64,000 bases of DNA from Pecten maximus (lineage: Eukaryota). A program made the translations under genes and the position numbers. Location: positions 5,208,001-5,272,000 of the forward strand of contig NC_047026.1 in NCBI RefSeq assembly GCF_902652985.1, read 5' to 3'. Numbering within the stretch: the stretch's first letter is position 1; every line of letters begins with the position of its first letter. Below are positions 51,633-63,821 of the stretch, piece by piece. The notes under the pieces were generated by a model. The model was not told the origin of the DNA and did not search any database. It saw nothing but the letters and a program-made list of their open reading frames with translations.

Positions 51633-52034
51633 TATGTTAATAAGTGGTGTATAATGATTATCATGATTGATACTGTGGAAAATAAAAGGGCAGTCTATAT
51701 GAATATACATGCATAATATACCAATTCCTGTCTTTCAAGGGGAATTTTAAACCACACCAATCAACTATTCCATATCGGTTCACATTCACTACCAACATGA
51801 TTATCATTTATATTGAAAGTTGAAAGAATTTGGAATTTTGTCGAATTCACTAAATTTATTGACGTATATGATACAGAGTAAGGAGGTAAGTACAACAGGA
51901 TCTATACGTCTACAGAGTCTACACCTTTATGTGATGTTCTACACCTCTGTGATTTTCTACACCTCTACATGACCTTCTACAGGGTCTACACCTCTACATG
52001 ACATTCTAGGCCTCTAAATGACGTCTACATTTCT

Positions 52035-52408
52035 TTATCTTGCAACTGCCACCGCATTGTCGGAATACACCCATATTTTTGCTGTATACGGTGACGGAAA
52101 ACAGCTGTATTTTGGAATCTTGGCACGTGCGTCAGTTTGACTGACCTACTTCAAAGTGAAACTACGTTTAAAAGGCGAACATATTTCTGTCATTTTTGTC
52201 ACCGTTTCACTTCAAAATGATTATTTTTATGTCTGTTGCAGAATAAATAGAATACATGGTCAGTGTCTTAAAATATAAGCTGTATTTTTGGCTCGGGACA
52301 GAAAGACAAAAGTGGCTCACCATGCAAGGCTCGCCACTTTTGTCTTTCTTAACCCTCGCCAAAATACAGCTTATATTTTAAGACACTGACCATGTTTTCT
52401 CTATATAT
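52035..52408. mobile_element. Hairpin-terminated element, copy 2, inserted in a TCTACACC minisatellite
   Basis: Direct-orientation copy of 42360-42735. Confidence 0.75.
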
Positions 52409-53468
52409 GACGTTCTACAGTGTCTACACCTTTCCATGAGGTTCTACGCCTCTACCCGACGTCTACACCTCTACATGACCTTCTAAATAGTTTATACCTT
52501 TTACTCCTGTTTGAAATATTCCAGCATAGAAATCTAGGACCGGCGTAATTACAAATAAGTACTTTTGAATGTCATACATCTTCAAGGGCATCTTTAATTT
52601 TGTATACCTGGTAATTTGCTTTTATTTGCAATCAAAGATTTACAAGCCTGATTTGATTTTCATTTATTCATAGATTTTGAACTACCAGTTACTAGCACAG
52701 AACTACATGTACATATTTACATTTGATAATAGTCATTTGTGGAGGTGAGTCAGATAGATTTACCACCCTGATAAAAATCATCACTACTATCATACACTAA
52801 CATACCAGGTACCGTAATTATGATCAGATTGAGAAATTCCGAGGATAGCTTATCAAGCATCAAACGATATGATATACATTTATGATTGTTACCAATGATT
52901 CTCAAAGCAATGCAACGTGAACTGTACATAAAGTAATAAATCAAGCACAAGGTGAAACAATTAAATAACTTATTTATTATTTTACATACAGATGTTTTGT
53001 ATTATGTACAATAATACAATGTACAAGTGTCATCAATAACAAAATCATTAGAAGTTGGTGACAGTTAAATTTCAGTACACTTGTACTAAAATACATTTAC
53101 TACATATAAAATGTACTGTTGTTAAAATTGAAATATCCTTGACAATTCCATTTTCAGATCAAAGTCAAACTGATATCAATAGTTATTGTTAAAAAAAATA
53201 TGTGTTATCCAGTTTGGAGATGATTCATCAGGAGAGATAACTAGCAGGAGACCAGCTACTGCTTAATCCTATCACATCATTCCAGTGTAACTTTGAGCTT
53301 TACTGAAGAGGAAGATAAGATCAACAGACCTACAGAAATCTTTGAAAAATTTCTTCCATAATAAGATGACTTGGAATTTAATGTTGAATCTTTATGCTGC
53401 ATCAGTTATTTAAAAGTCCTCACAATCCCATAAGACTTTAGAACTAGTTGATCCCATTGTTATTTCAT

Positions 53469-53690
53469 CTAAAATCCTCCATATAAAAGGTCAGACTGCT
53501 GTGATTGTTCCTCCAGTTCCTGTTGTTTTATTGTCTCTTGTGCCTCCTTTTGCATTTTTTCCATTTTCTCCAGGGAGACAGATTTCAGAGGGAGCAGTTT
53601 GGGTTTACACAGAACCACTGTTGGAGTGTCCTCCTGGTATAGCAGGCCCTGTTTGGGCAACACTTCTTTAAAAACATTTGGTTCTGGCAT
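53469..53690 (-). CDS. BBIP1: BBSome-interacting protein 1 (73 aa)
   Basis: [13 protein letters not shown]...[27 protein letters not shown] is the BBIP10 signature. Acceptor at 53709-53708; putative non-coding exon 1 donor at 54712. Confidence 0.92.
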   Translation of the reverse strand: MPEPNVFKEVLPKQGLLYQEDTPTVVLCKPKLLPLKSVSLEKMEKMQKEAQETIKQQELEEQSQQSDLLYGGF

Positions 53691-54712
53691 GTCCTTGGTA
53701 GACAGTGCTATTTTGAAAATAGAAGACAAATGTTAATATTTATTATATAGAATTGTTAAGTTTGATATCTAAAGCAAAACGCAATGAGAATGTGCATGTA
53801 TATAAGTTTAACTGTAATAGAAAATAGGGGATAGAGCCAACACAAGATGCCTCCAGAGGTTAAAGAATTCATAGGCCTGCTGTCTGGATAACCTAAGACA
53901 GGCAGTCCATGGTGATTGATGGATAAGATAACTTGTATAATTTGTAGGTAAGTAGAATTTAATCACAATAATGCATTTTTTATTGACTTCTACTTTCTAA
54001 GCTTTAATGCATTGTAAATCACTAATGGGTCCATTACCAGACATTGTAGAGTGAGACAAACAAGGCAAAAAAGGGCCCATCTCAAATCAATGAACAAACA
54101 CCTGGCTTAAGTGAGTGTAGAGAGACCAAATGTAAACTGCTAAATTACCTTAAATTAGCTTATACCTATGGCAAAAGCTAGTAACACACTATATATATTT
54201 ATTATTTCATATGCACAAAAGCGTCTAAACACAGACTGCAGGAATCAAATCATATTTCCAAATAGACAAAACCTTGATAAAGAAGAAGTGTTAGAGAAGT
54301 GTTACCACCCCCCCACCCCCCCCCCCCCCCCCCCCCCAAAAATGGGGGTAAAAAAAAATCATCAGTTCCCGACAGGCCAATTGAACCTTTTAGATTCACT
54401 ACCTAAGGGAATTAACTCTGTATAGCACTCTGTCATATTTCTTGAATACGATTACTCACTTTACCTACAACGTTGTATTGAGAATGAACATAACTTTTCC
54501 AATTCTGATTATTTTAATTGCTTATGTCCTGTAATATTCATATCTCTTATCATCGCCGTTACGATGGCGACTGTTTATGAATTTCCCTGAAACGCACCTG
54601 TCATTTCTCATGTTCCTTATTAGCTAATACAAGACAAAGTTTGTTTATACGCGAATTTATCTGGAAAATAATTATATGTAAGCGTGCACAGAGATCAATG
54701 ACAGTACTTTAC

Positions 54713-55079
54713 CTGAAGTCTAAAAATTGTAGTTATCTCAGTCGAGAGCAAAGAATTTGTTTAGGTTCGCAACGCGCCACCTGACGAGAGGAAGTTGGCA
54801 TCTCACACTACTCAGGAAAACGGCTGTTAAAAGATAATTAAAATAGTTTATTACAGCTAAAATATACTGTTAAACTTAAACAATTGTTGAGAATAATATT
54901 ACTATTTATTTAAAATAAATATTCATAGACTTTTGTCGCCATGTTTTCCATAGAAAACAGTCGGGTTTCTTTAAATCATTATTTTTTCCGGATTTTGGTT
55001 TTAAATTTAGGCTACAACTTTCGTTTTCCTTGTTCAGCAAGAATCAGTGTGGTGTGTTTCCACCAAGAAATTTACAAAT
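54713..55079. promoter_or_regulatory. Probable bidirectional promoter of BBIP1 and the Pol X gene
   Basis: Divergent genes; GAGGAAGT near 54788; YY1-like GTCGCCATGTTT near 54935. Confidence 0.5.
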
Positions 55080-57094
55080 ATGAGCGACGCTGAAGCAAGT
55101 ACCAGCGAGAGCAAACCTGTAGTGGTTTATATTGTACCAACAAGAATTCAAAAGAAGCGTTTAAAGGATATCAAATCTGCAGCCAGGCGGAAAAAACTAT
55201 CGATTGTAGAGTCATTCTGGTAATAGTTTTGTATCAAAAAGCTTGCATGCATAATTTGGTTACATTGTTAACTTACCTACTAGAATTGTACTGGTTCTGA
55301 AGACATGTTATATTGTTCTAATGTATGTTATTTATCATATATGTATTGTATTGAATGATACAGGATTGAAATAAAAGGTATTTTCTCTGTTAATTCAAAT
55401 AAATGATGAAATAAATGCTGTAATGCACAGCTTCATTGAAATCATAAACATGTCACCTGTTTCTCTCAAGGATTGAAAATACCGCTTCTTGTCTTGAATT
55501 TAAAATAATTATGTTATCTTTATGGAATTATCTAGAACAATTTACAATTTGTATAACAAGATGATTGGATTTAATGTCAATTTACATGAAAAATGCTAAT
55601 GCAGTGTACTTGCTTTGAGTCCAAGTTAATATATTTGATTTTTTAGCCCAAAAGTGACCCACATAGTGAGCGAGTTAGACAACAGATTCAAAGTTGCACG
55701 CAAACTCAAAATTGTGGATTATTCCATATTGAAAGGAATAGAACTTCTTCGTCTTACATGGTTTACAGCTTGTATCAAAAAAGCTGAAATAATTCCAATA
55801 GAGGATGACCATCGGATACCGGAACCCCCTCCAGAGGTAAAATAACACCCTATTTTCATTAGAGATAACAGCGAATTCAAGCAACAGTGATGTTTTGATT
55901 ATATTAGTGATTATTTAATTCAACTATAATTAGTCATTTTAACTCTTTGTATTTATATCTATAGCTAGATGACTAATATCATGTTTATGCTTTTATATGA
56001 TCTAATTATATAATTAATCAACAGTCAACTTTAAAATGAAAATTCTCTAGAGATATTCAGTTAACAGCAGACCCAAAAAATGATTGAATGAATTTAATTG
56101 TTGGATAAACCTGGTACATCGGTTTAAAAAATAACATTAATAGATAAACATAAACTTTAGATTAATGTAAGCAATTCTGGCTACTAACCACATCCTGACA
56201 CAATCACTGAAAAAAATGTAATAAGATATTTATAAGACTTTCACAAGTGTGTCAACAATATCTGTGTTGATTAATTATATATAATTATCCATATGTCAAG
56301 GAACGATAGAAGAAAACATGCTGTTGGTGGCCATTATTTGTTTGTACCCAGACCTAGACTTGAGTCTGTATTTTGTACATGTTTATTTTTACCTTATACA
56401 GGAAGAATGTGCAGCCCCCATTGAGACATTGCAACAGATCGCTACTACAGAATGGGCATGTCAACGTGCCACGCCCCTTAGACACTTCAATGAGATATTC
56501 TGTGTAAGTATTCAAAGCTTCAAAACTTACACCAAAATAATAATATTGGACATTAAACATGTGAACGATGAAAATTTTAAAAAATTATATGTGATAAACC
56601 TGCTTCAAAATAAACATTCTTGTATCCCCACATAAGAACACAGCGAAGTGTGACTGTTACAGCTGTTTTCCCTAAGTCATGCATATATAGAGGATATCTA
56701 ACAGTGTTTTCAGTAATACCAAATATATTTCACGAGTGGGGCTCATATTTTGATATTTTTCACGAGTGCGTGCGAGTGGTATTACTGAAGACACTGTTAG
56801 ATATTCTGTTTATTACATTTTTTATCAACGAAAAATCTACCCCGTATACTAACTAGGCCTACAGCGATCATTTGTAAACAAAAAATGTAGTTCCCCCTGT
56901 CCAGGTGCTGAGATATATGTCGGGCTTTCTGATTGGTCAATTATTTTGGTATTTTCTAATCATTAATTTGATTGGTCAAATCAGCAAAAGTGATATTTTT
57001 CACTAGTGATAAATATGATATTTTTCACTATTGAAAAAATATCACTTTTATAGAATGAATAATTTTTGATATTTCACTGGTAAAAATGTAATAA

Positions 57095-57125
<31 letters not shown>

Positions 57126-60100
57126 CATATATGATTACAGAATGTCTCCAGTTTAACAGGGACAATATTGTAAAGAGAATATCTTGACGCACACTGGGGG
57201 GTACTGGATTTAACTTAACAGTTGCATCTTCTCTTAGAGGCCTACTGTCTACATTACAACAAAAAATATAGTCTATAAAGGTCACCTGTCTATAAAGGTC
57301 ACATGAATATAAAAGGTCACATGTCTACAAAGGTCACCTGTCTATAAAGGTCACATGTCTACAAAGGTCACCTTTCTACAAAGGTCACATGTCTACAAAG
57401 GTCACCTGTCTATAAAGGTCACATGAATATAAAAGGTCACATGTCTACAAAGGTCACATGTCTACAAAGGTCACCTGTCTATAAAGGTCACATGTCTACA
57501 AAGGTCACATGTCTACAAAGGTCACCTGTCTATAAAGGTCACATGTCTATAAAAGTTCACCTTTCTACAAAGGTCACCTGTCTATAAAGGTCACATATCT
57601 ACAAAAGTCACATGTCTACAAATTTAAAGGTCACATGTCTATAAAAGGTCACCTGTTTTCTAATGTAACACAATTGATTGTATATGAATCTCTATAAAGA
57701 TCACTCAAGTTTATGGAGCAGCAAAAAGTGTCTTGTATAGGCAGGTGGCATTTATATAGATTCATATATACATACCATCATATGTATTTCATTGGAACAA
57801 GTAAACATTAAAGACAGGTCTTTATATAGGTGTATTTGCCTACCTACAAAATGTGTGTTCGTAATATTTGCCTTCCTTTTCTTCCCTACAACAGAACGCC
57901 CTTGAAGTATTACAAATGAAAGCCGAGTTCATTGACAGTGGCCAGGATCATTTACGTTCCCTGGCTTTCCGCAGAGCCTCGTGTGTATTGAAGTCACTGC
58001 CATTCGTGATCACAAACGTCAAACAGGTCAAAGGACAGAAAGATATTGGAGGTCATAGCAGACAGGTCATCAAGGTTAGTAAAAACATTGGGGTCACAAC
58101 AGACAGGTCATCAAGGTTAGTAAAATCATTGGGGTCATAACAGATGGGTCATCAAGGTTAGTAAAAACATTGAGGTCACAACAGACAGGTCATCAAGGTT
58201 AGTAAAACATCGGGTTCATAGCAGATAGGTCATCAAGGTTAGTAGATAATATTGAGGGTCACAACAGACAGGTCATCAAGGTTAGTAAAAACATTGAGGT
58301 CACAACAGACAGGTCATCAAGGTTGATAAAAAACATCAGGGTCACAACAGACAGGTCATCAAGGTTAGTAAAACATCGGGATCACAACAGACAGGTCATC
58401 AAGGTTAGTAAAAACAATAATTAGTAATTTAATCCTTATTACAACAAGCATTTGTGTTGGACAAACAAATTTTGATGTCATTCCCTAACATGAAATAAAT
58501 GACATCACTGTTTTGTAATATTGCTTTATATTTGTTTAAAAAGCTCTGTAAAATTTCATTTCTTGGAGGAAAAAAATCTGTTAAGGCAAGAAAACAAATC
58601 TTCAGTGGTGTAAATATATCCAGTCACACTTCATCACACAGAAATTATCGTTGTGGTTTAGAATCGAAGATTCTATGACTCTATGACTGGTTGCTTTCTT
58701 TTTCAGGAAATTCTTGCAGAGGGATTTGCTACAGAAGTAGAGGAAACACTAAAAGATACATGGTTTCAGAAAGTCAAGGTATAAATACCTTCAGTAAGAT
58801 TTTCTCTGAATGCACAGGATTGAAAGTGTTATGAAAGTATCAGAATTATCCTTATATAAGATTGAATGGTAGATGTGTTTGTGGAAGGTTTCCGCAACCA
58901 TTAGCTAAGGACAGCAGTGTATGAAAGTATATATGAAAATTCCTTAGACAGTTAGTCTTCAGAAAATTGAGATCCCATAGCCCAAGTCATTTTTCCATAG
59001 ACCCATTTTGTAAACATATATTGTTGAAAGTAGCATTACTATGTCACGAAAACGCTTGCATCTTCCAGTTCATACTCGCTCAAATGTTTGAAGCCAATAA
59101 TGTAAAAAACATCTTGATTGTAAGCTCTGATTCCATATGATGGTTTGTTAGAAAATATAGGAATGTTGTTTAAATGAATCATAATGTATGTCAGGACTCA
59201 AACTTTTCATAGCCAACCGGGCCAACACATAGAAATTTTACATAGACTAGGTTTTCTATAGTATCGGGCCATCGAACCACCTTTACTTTTGAACACTGAG
59301 GACATTTACTCTATGGTGAGGTTTTTTCCTCTGTGTATCTCTCTATGTGGGGGTCTTGATCTGTACAAAATCAAAAGGAAGGAAGCAGTTTACATCAATT
59401 GTTTTAATTCACTACGGAAAACAGTAGAAGCTAACTTTGTAAAATCTTACTGAAATGTATCTGCTTGTAGCTTTTCTCCACAATATTTGGAGTGGGACCA
59501 GCCACGGCCAAGATCTGGGTGGAACAGGGTGTGAATACGGTGGCAGAGGCCCTAGTAAAGTGTGAACGTAAGAATTGGATGGTCCAGTGGGGTAAGTATA
59601 TATATAAGTACCATACTTGTCTAAAGGAGGTACAGTTAAAACTGGACAAAGGAAAACTCTGGTCCACATACAGGTGGTGTTGTGGAACATGCAGATCAAG
59701 GTATCTTACCTAATCTTACCTAGTCAGGACGTCACAGGGGGTATATCAGAGAAACCATTGACATCTGCAAGCAGTTCAACCAAATACTAATATCCCAACT
59801 AATGCAGACCACTCCAACTGAAATTTCAGCGGGGGGGGGGGGATCTTACAACAAAGATGGTTTGTTTTGTTTAACGTCCTATTAACAGTCAGGGTCATTT
59901 TAGGACGTGCCAGGGGGGGGATCTTACAACAAAGATGGTTTGTTTTGTTTAACGTCCTATTAACAGCCAGGGTCATTTAAGGACGTGTCAGGTTTTGGAG
60001 GTGGTATTATATTGCCTGTATGAAAGTTTTGTAATTTTTTAGTCATTTTATCTTGCTTGACCATTGTCCAGGATTGGCCTTCCATGATGACTTGATTGAC

Positions 60101-60204
60101 CAGGTACAGATGATTGAAGCAGAGAACTTGACCGCTGTGATCAGAGCAGAGGCTGAGAGGATTCTTCCTGGTGTCATAGTAACACTGACCGGGGGATTTC
60201 GCAG
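55080..60204 (+). CDS. X-family DNA polymerase mu / terminal deoxynucleotidyltransferase-like, exons 1-7 (3' part beyond the window)
   Basis: Exons 55080-55219, 55647-55836, 56402-56503, 57895-58074, 58707-58778, 59471-59591 and 60072-60204, phase-consistent. BRCT (VTHIVSE...WFTAC), WACQRATPL, LAFRRASCVLKSLP, IFGVGPATAKIW, GLAFHDDL and VTLTGGFRR. Confidence 0.9.
56683..57095. mobile_element. Hairpin-terminated element (third family)
   Basis: Hairpin ATATCTAACAGTGT...ACACTGTTAGATAT and inverted repeat TTATTACATTTT / AAAATGTAATAA. Confidence 0.6.
57270..57656. repeat. ~18-bp minisatellite AAAGGTCAC(C/A)TGTCTA(T/C)A
   Basis: About 20 copies in intron 3 of the Pol X gene. Confidence 0.9.
58051..58415 (+). 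repeat. ~41-bp minisatellite x9 spanning the exon 4 end and donor
   Basis: Unit GGTCACAACAGACAGGTCATCAAG|GTTAGTAAAAACATTG. Confidence 0.92.
59855..60005 (-). mobile_element. SINE 3' fragment, tandemly duplicated
   Basis: GTTTAACGTCCTATTAACAG(T/C)CAGGGTCATTT occurs twice; same family as 38858-39082. Confidence 0.7.
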
Positions 60205-60650
60205 GTAAATCTGACAATACCATAACACTGACCGGGGGATTTCACAGGTAAATCTGACAATACCATAACACTGACCGGGGGATTTCACAGGTAAATCTGA
60301 CAATACCATAACACTGACCGGGGGATTTCACAGGTAAATCTGACAATACCATAACACTGACCGGGGGATTTCACAGGTAAATCTGACAATACCATAACAC
60401 TGACCGGGGGATTTCACAGGTAAATCTGACAATACCATAACACTGACCGGGGGATTCCGCAGGTAAATCTGACTATACCATAACACTGACCGGGGGATTT
60501 CACAGGTAAATCTGACAATACCATAACACTGACCGGGGGATTTCACAGGTAAATCTGACAATAAAAATAACACTGACCGGGGGATTTCACAGGTAAATCT
60601 GACAATACCATAACACTGACCGGGGGATTTCACAGGTAAATTTGACAATA
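60180..60650 (+). repeat. 43-bp minisatellite x11 spanning the exon 7 end and donor
   Basis: Unit TAACACTGACCGGGGGATTTCACAG|GTAAATCTGACAATACCA. Confidence 0.95.
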
Positions 60651-61270
60651 TCACTGGATGCTGATACATAAACTTTGATTAGGGATCGGCTTATCGCAAA
60701 ACAACAAAATAACATTTGTTAAAGATGGTCACCACCCATGTAAGAATTAACAGGGAAATATAAAATTTCACATATAAATAAATTATGTGTCCAATGTCCA
60801 TTCCTTCTTTCATTGACTTTATTGGACAGTCTAGTGTCCAGGTTAATCTGGAAAATACTTTCCTATTAACATATTCGTTTTGGATGAAAATGTGTACATC
60901 AGTTGTGGGCAAGACTCCAGTACCCGGACCATGACCTTTATAATTATTTCAACAATCGCTTTCTCAAAGAACGAATGTTTATTTTAGTTTTATAGAACTT
61001 TTCAGCACTTATTGAGATAAAAAAAATATTAAGCTCATAGTATATGAAAGCAATACAGGACCTGACATAGTGTACTTGAATGAAAACTTTTATCCATCTG
61101 TACCAAGTATGTATGGTATCAAGTAGGATACAGGCAGCCTGGCTTTTCTGTTTCTTGTTTGATGTCATTCGGACAATCTTTTTTCCTCCCAAACATATTT
61201 TAGGAAACTGTTTGTGTCTTATTCATTTTCTCCTCTTCTTCTTCTTTTTTTTTCTTTTTTTTTTTTCTTT

Positions 61271-62880
61271 TTTAGCCCACCATCATCAGATGGTATGGTG
61301 GGCTATTCAAATCGCCCTGCGTCCGTGGTCCGTCGTCCGTCCGTCCGTCCGTCCCTCCGTCCGTCCCTCCGTCCCTCCGTCCGTCCGTCCGTAAACAATT
61401 CTTGTTATCGCTATTTCTCAGAAAGTACTGAAGGGATCTTTCTCAAACTTCATATGTAGGTTCCCCTTGGTGCCTAGTTATGCATATTGCATTTTGAGAC
61501 CAATCAGAAAACAACATGGCCGACAGGCAGCCATCTTGGATTTTGACAATTGAAGTTTGTTATCGCTAATTCTCAGAAAGCACTGAAGGGATCTTTCTCA
61601 AATTTCATATGTAGGTTCCTCTTGGTGCCTAGTTATGCATATTGCATTTTGAGACCAGTCGGAAAACAACATGGCCGACAGGCAGCCATCTTGGATTTTG
61701 ACAATTGAAGTTTGTTATCGCTAATTCTCAGAAAGCACTGAAGAGATCTTTCTCAAATTTCATATGTAGGTTCCTCTTGGTGCCTAGTTATGCATATTAC
61801 ATTTTGAGACCAATCGGAAAACAACATGGCCGACAGGCAGCCATCTTGGATTTTGACAATTGAAGTTTGTTATCGCTATTTCTCAGAAAGTACTGAAAGG
61901 ATCTTTCTCAAATTTCATATGTAGGTTCCCCTTGATGCTTGGTTATGCATATTGCATTTTGAGACTAATCGGAAAACAACATGGTCGACAGGCAGCCATC
62001 TTGGATTTTGACAATTGAAGTTTGTTATCGCTATTTCTAAGAAACTTATGAAGGGATCTTCCTGAAATTTCATATGTAGGTTCCCCTTGATGCTTGGTTA
62101 TGCATATTGCATTTTGAGACTAATCGGAAAACAACATGGTCGACAGGCAGCCATCTTGGATTTTGACAATTGAAGTTTGTTATCGCTATTTCTAAGAAAC
62201 TAATGAAGGGATCTTCCTGAAATTTCATATGTAGGTTCCCCTAGGTGTCTTGTTATGCATATTGCATTTTGAGACGAATCGGAAAACAACATGGCCAACA
62301 GGCAGCCATCTTGGATTTTGACAATTAAAGTTTGTTATCGCTATTTCTAAGAAAGTATTGAAGGGATCTTCCTGAAATTCATATGAAGGTTCCCCTTGGT
62401 GCCTAGTTATGCATATTGTATTTTGAGACTAATTGAAAAACAACATGGCCAACAGGCAGCCATCTTGGATTTCGAAAATTGAAACTTGTTATCGCTATTT
62501 CTAAGAAACTAATGAAGGGATCTTCCTGAAATTTCATATGTAGGTTCCCCCAGGTGCCTAGTTATGCATATTGCATTTTGAGACCAATCGGAAAACAACA
62601 TGGCCAACAGGCAGCCATCTTGGATTTTGACAATTGAAGTTTGTTATCGCTATTTCTAAGAAAGTACTGAAGGAATCTTTCTCAAATTCCATATATAGGT
62701 TCCCCTTGGTGCCTAATCTTAAATTTTATATATAGGTTTCCCTTGTTTGAAAAGTACTAGAGGCTTCTTCTGAATTTACACAGATTAGTAAGACTTAGAA
62801 GAAGAGAAAAGTAGAGAAAAGATCAATCTGACATGGAACCTATAAAGAACATTCAATGGTGGGCGCCAAGATCCCTCTGG
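61271..62880 (+). mobile_element. Helentron/HINE-type element with about 9 copies of a 155-bp tandem repeat
   Basis: Left hairpin TAGCCCACCATC...GTGGGCTA, (GTCC)n microsatellite, TATCGCTA every 155 bp (61561, 61716, 61871...) and right end GGTGGGCGCCAAGATCCCTCTGG. Confidence 0.8.
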
Positions 62881-63059
62881 TATTTTTATGTCCCAGAATT
62901 ACTGTTTACTTTTCTTTCCTGGCTACAATTTCAAAACTATTCAACTCAACTCTACAAAACTTTCTGTATATATTAGGTTAGTGCCCTCCTAGCTGTGCCT
63001 TTTCCTTTTGACAATACTTCATTTTTTAATATTTTTTCTGTTAATCATTTTTAAATTTT

Positions 63060-63650
63060 TTTTAGCCCACCATCATCAGATGGTGGGCTATATTCAAGTC
63101 ATCCTGCATCATGGGTCCATGGTCTGTCCGTCCGTCCATCTGTCCGTATGGAAATCCTTCAGTCCATCAGTCTGTCAGTCCAACAGTCTGTAAAAAATTC
63201 TTGTTATTGCTATTTCTCAGAAAGTACTGAAGGGATCTTACTCAGATTTTGTATGTAAGTTCCCCTAGGTCCATAGTTATGCATATTGCATTTTGGGACC
63301 AATCAGAAAACAACATGGCCAACAGGCGACTATTTTGGATTTTTACAATTGAAGTTTGTTATCGCTATTTTCAAAAAGTACCAAAGGGATCTTTCTCAAA
63401 TTTCATATGTAAGTTCCCCTTTGTCCCTAGTTGTGTATATTGCATTTTGGGACCGATCAGAAAACAACATGGCTGATAAGTGGCCATCTTGGGTTTTGAC
63501 AATTGCTGGTTGCTCCTGCTATATCATGTTATAAGGAGTTATTAAATGTTTTGAAAGAAGAGTGAAAGAAGGGAAAAGAAGAGAAAAGATTAGTCAGTCA
63601 TTTTTGTATGATATTGATCATTCAATGGTTGGCGCCAAGATCCCTCTGGG
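63060..63650 (+). mobile_element. Shorter copy of the same HINE family (about 2 units)
   Basis: Same left and right termini as 61271-62880. Confidence 0.78.
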
Positions 63651-63821
63651 GTCATACCAACAGCTGGGTGCAGAAGATAAAGCCACACTTTAGGGATCCT
63701 TGTTAATCCTCACTTTCTTATGTTAGAACCTGTCATGTTGTGTATTTCTTGAGACACATGCATGTTGCAGTGTTCTGCTTAGGAGCGATAATGTATGAAC
63801 TATCTTAATTGTTTTGTACAT

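Noticed and set aside
60180-60650. Regular arrays here and at 58051-58415 as CRISPR arrays
   Set aside because: Units are contiguous near-identical tandem copies with no unique spacers, there are no cas genes, and the context is eukaryotic introns.
60691-61192. Minus-strand ORFs (EYVNRKVF resembles a Harbinger transposase motif) or the missing Pol X catalytic exon
   Set aside because: No supporting flanking motifs; no GHDVD-type coding sequence with splice sites was found between 60650 and 64000.
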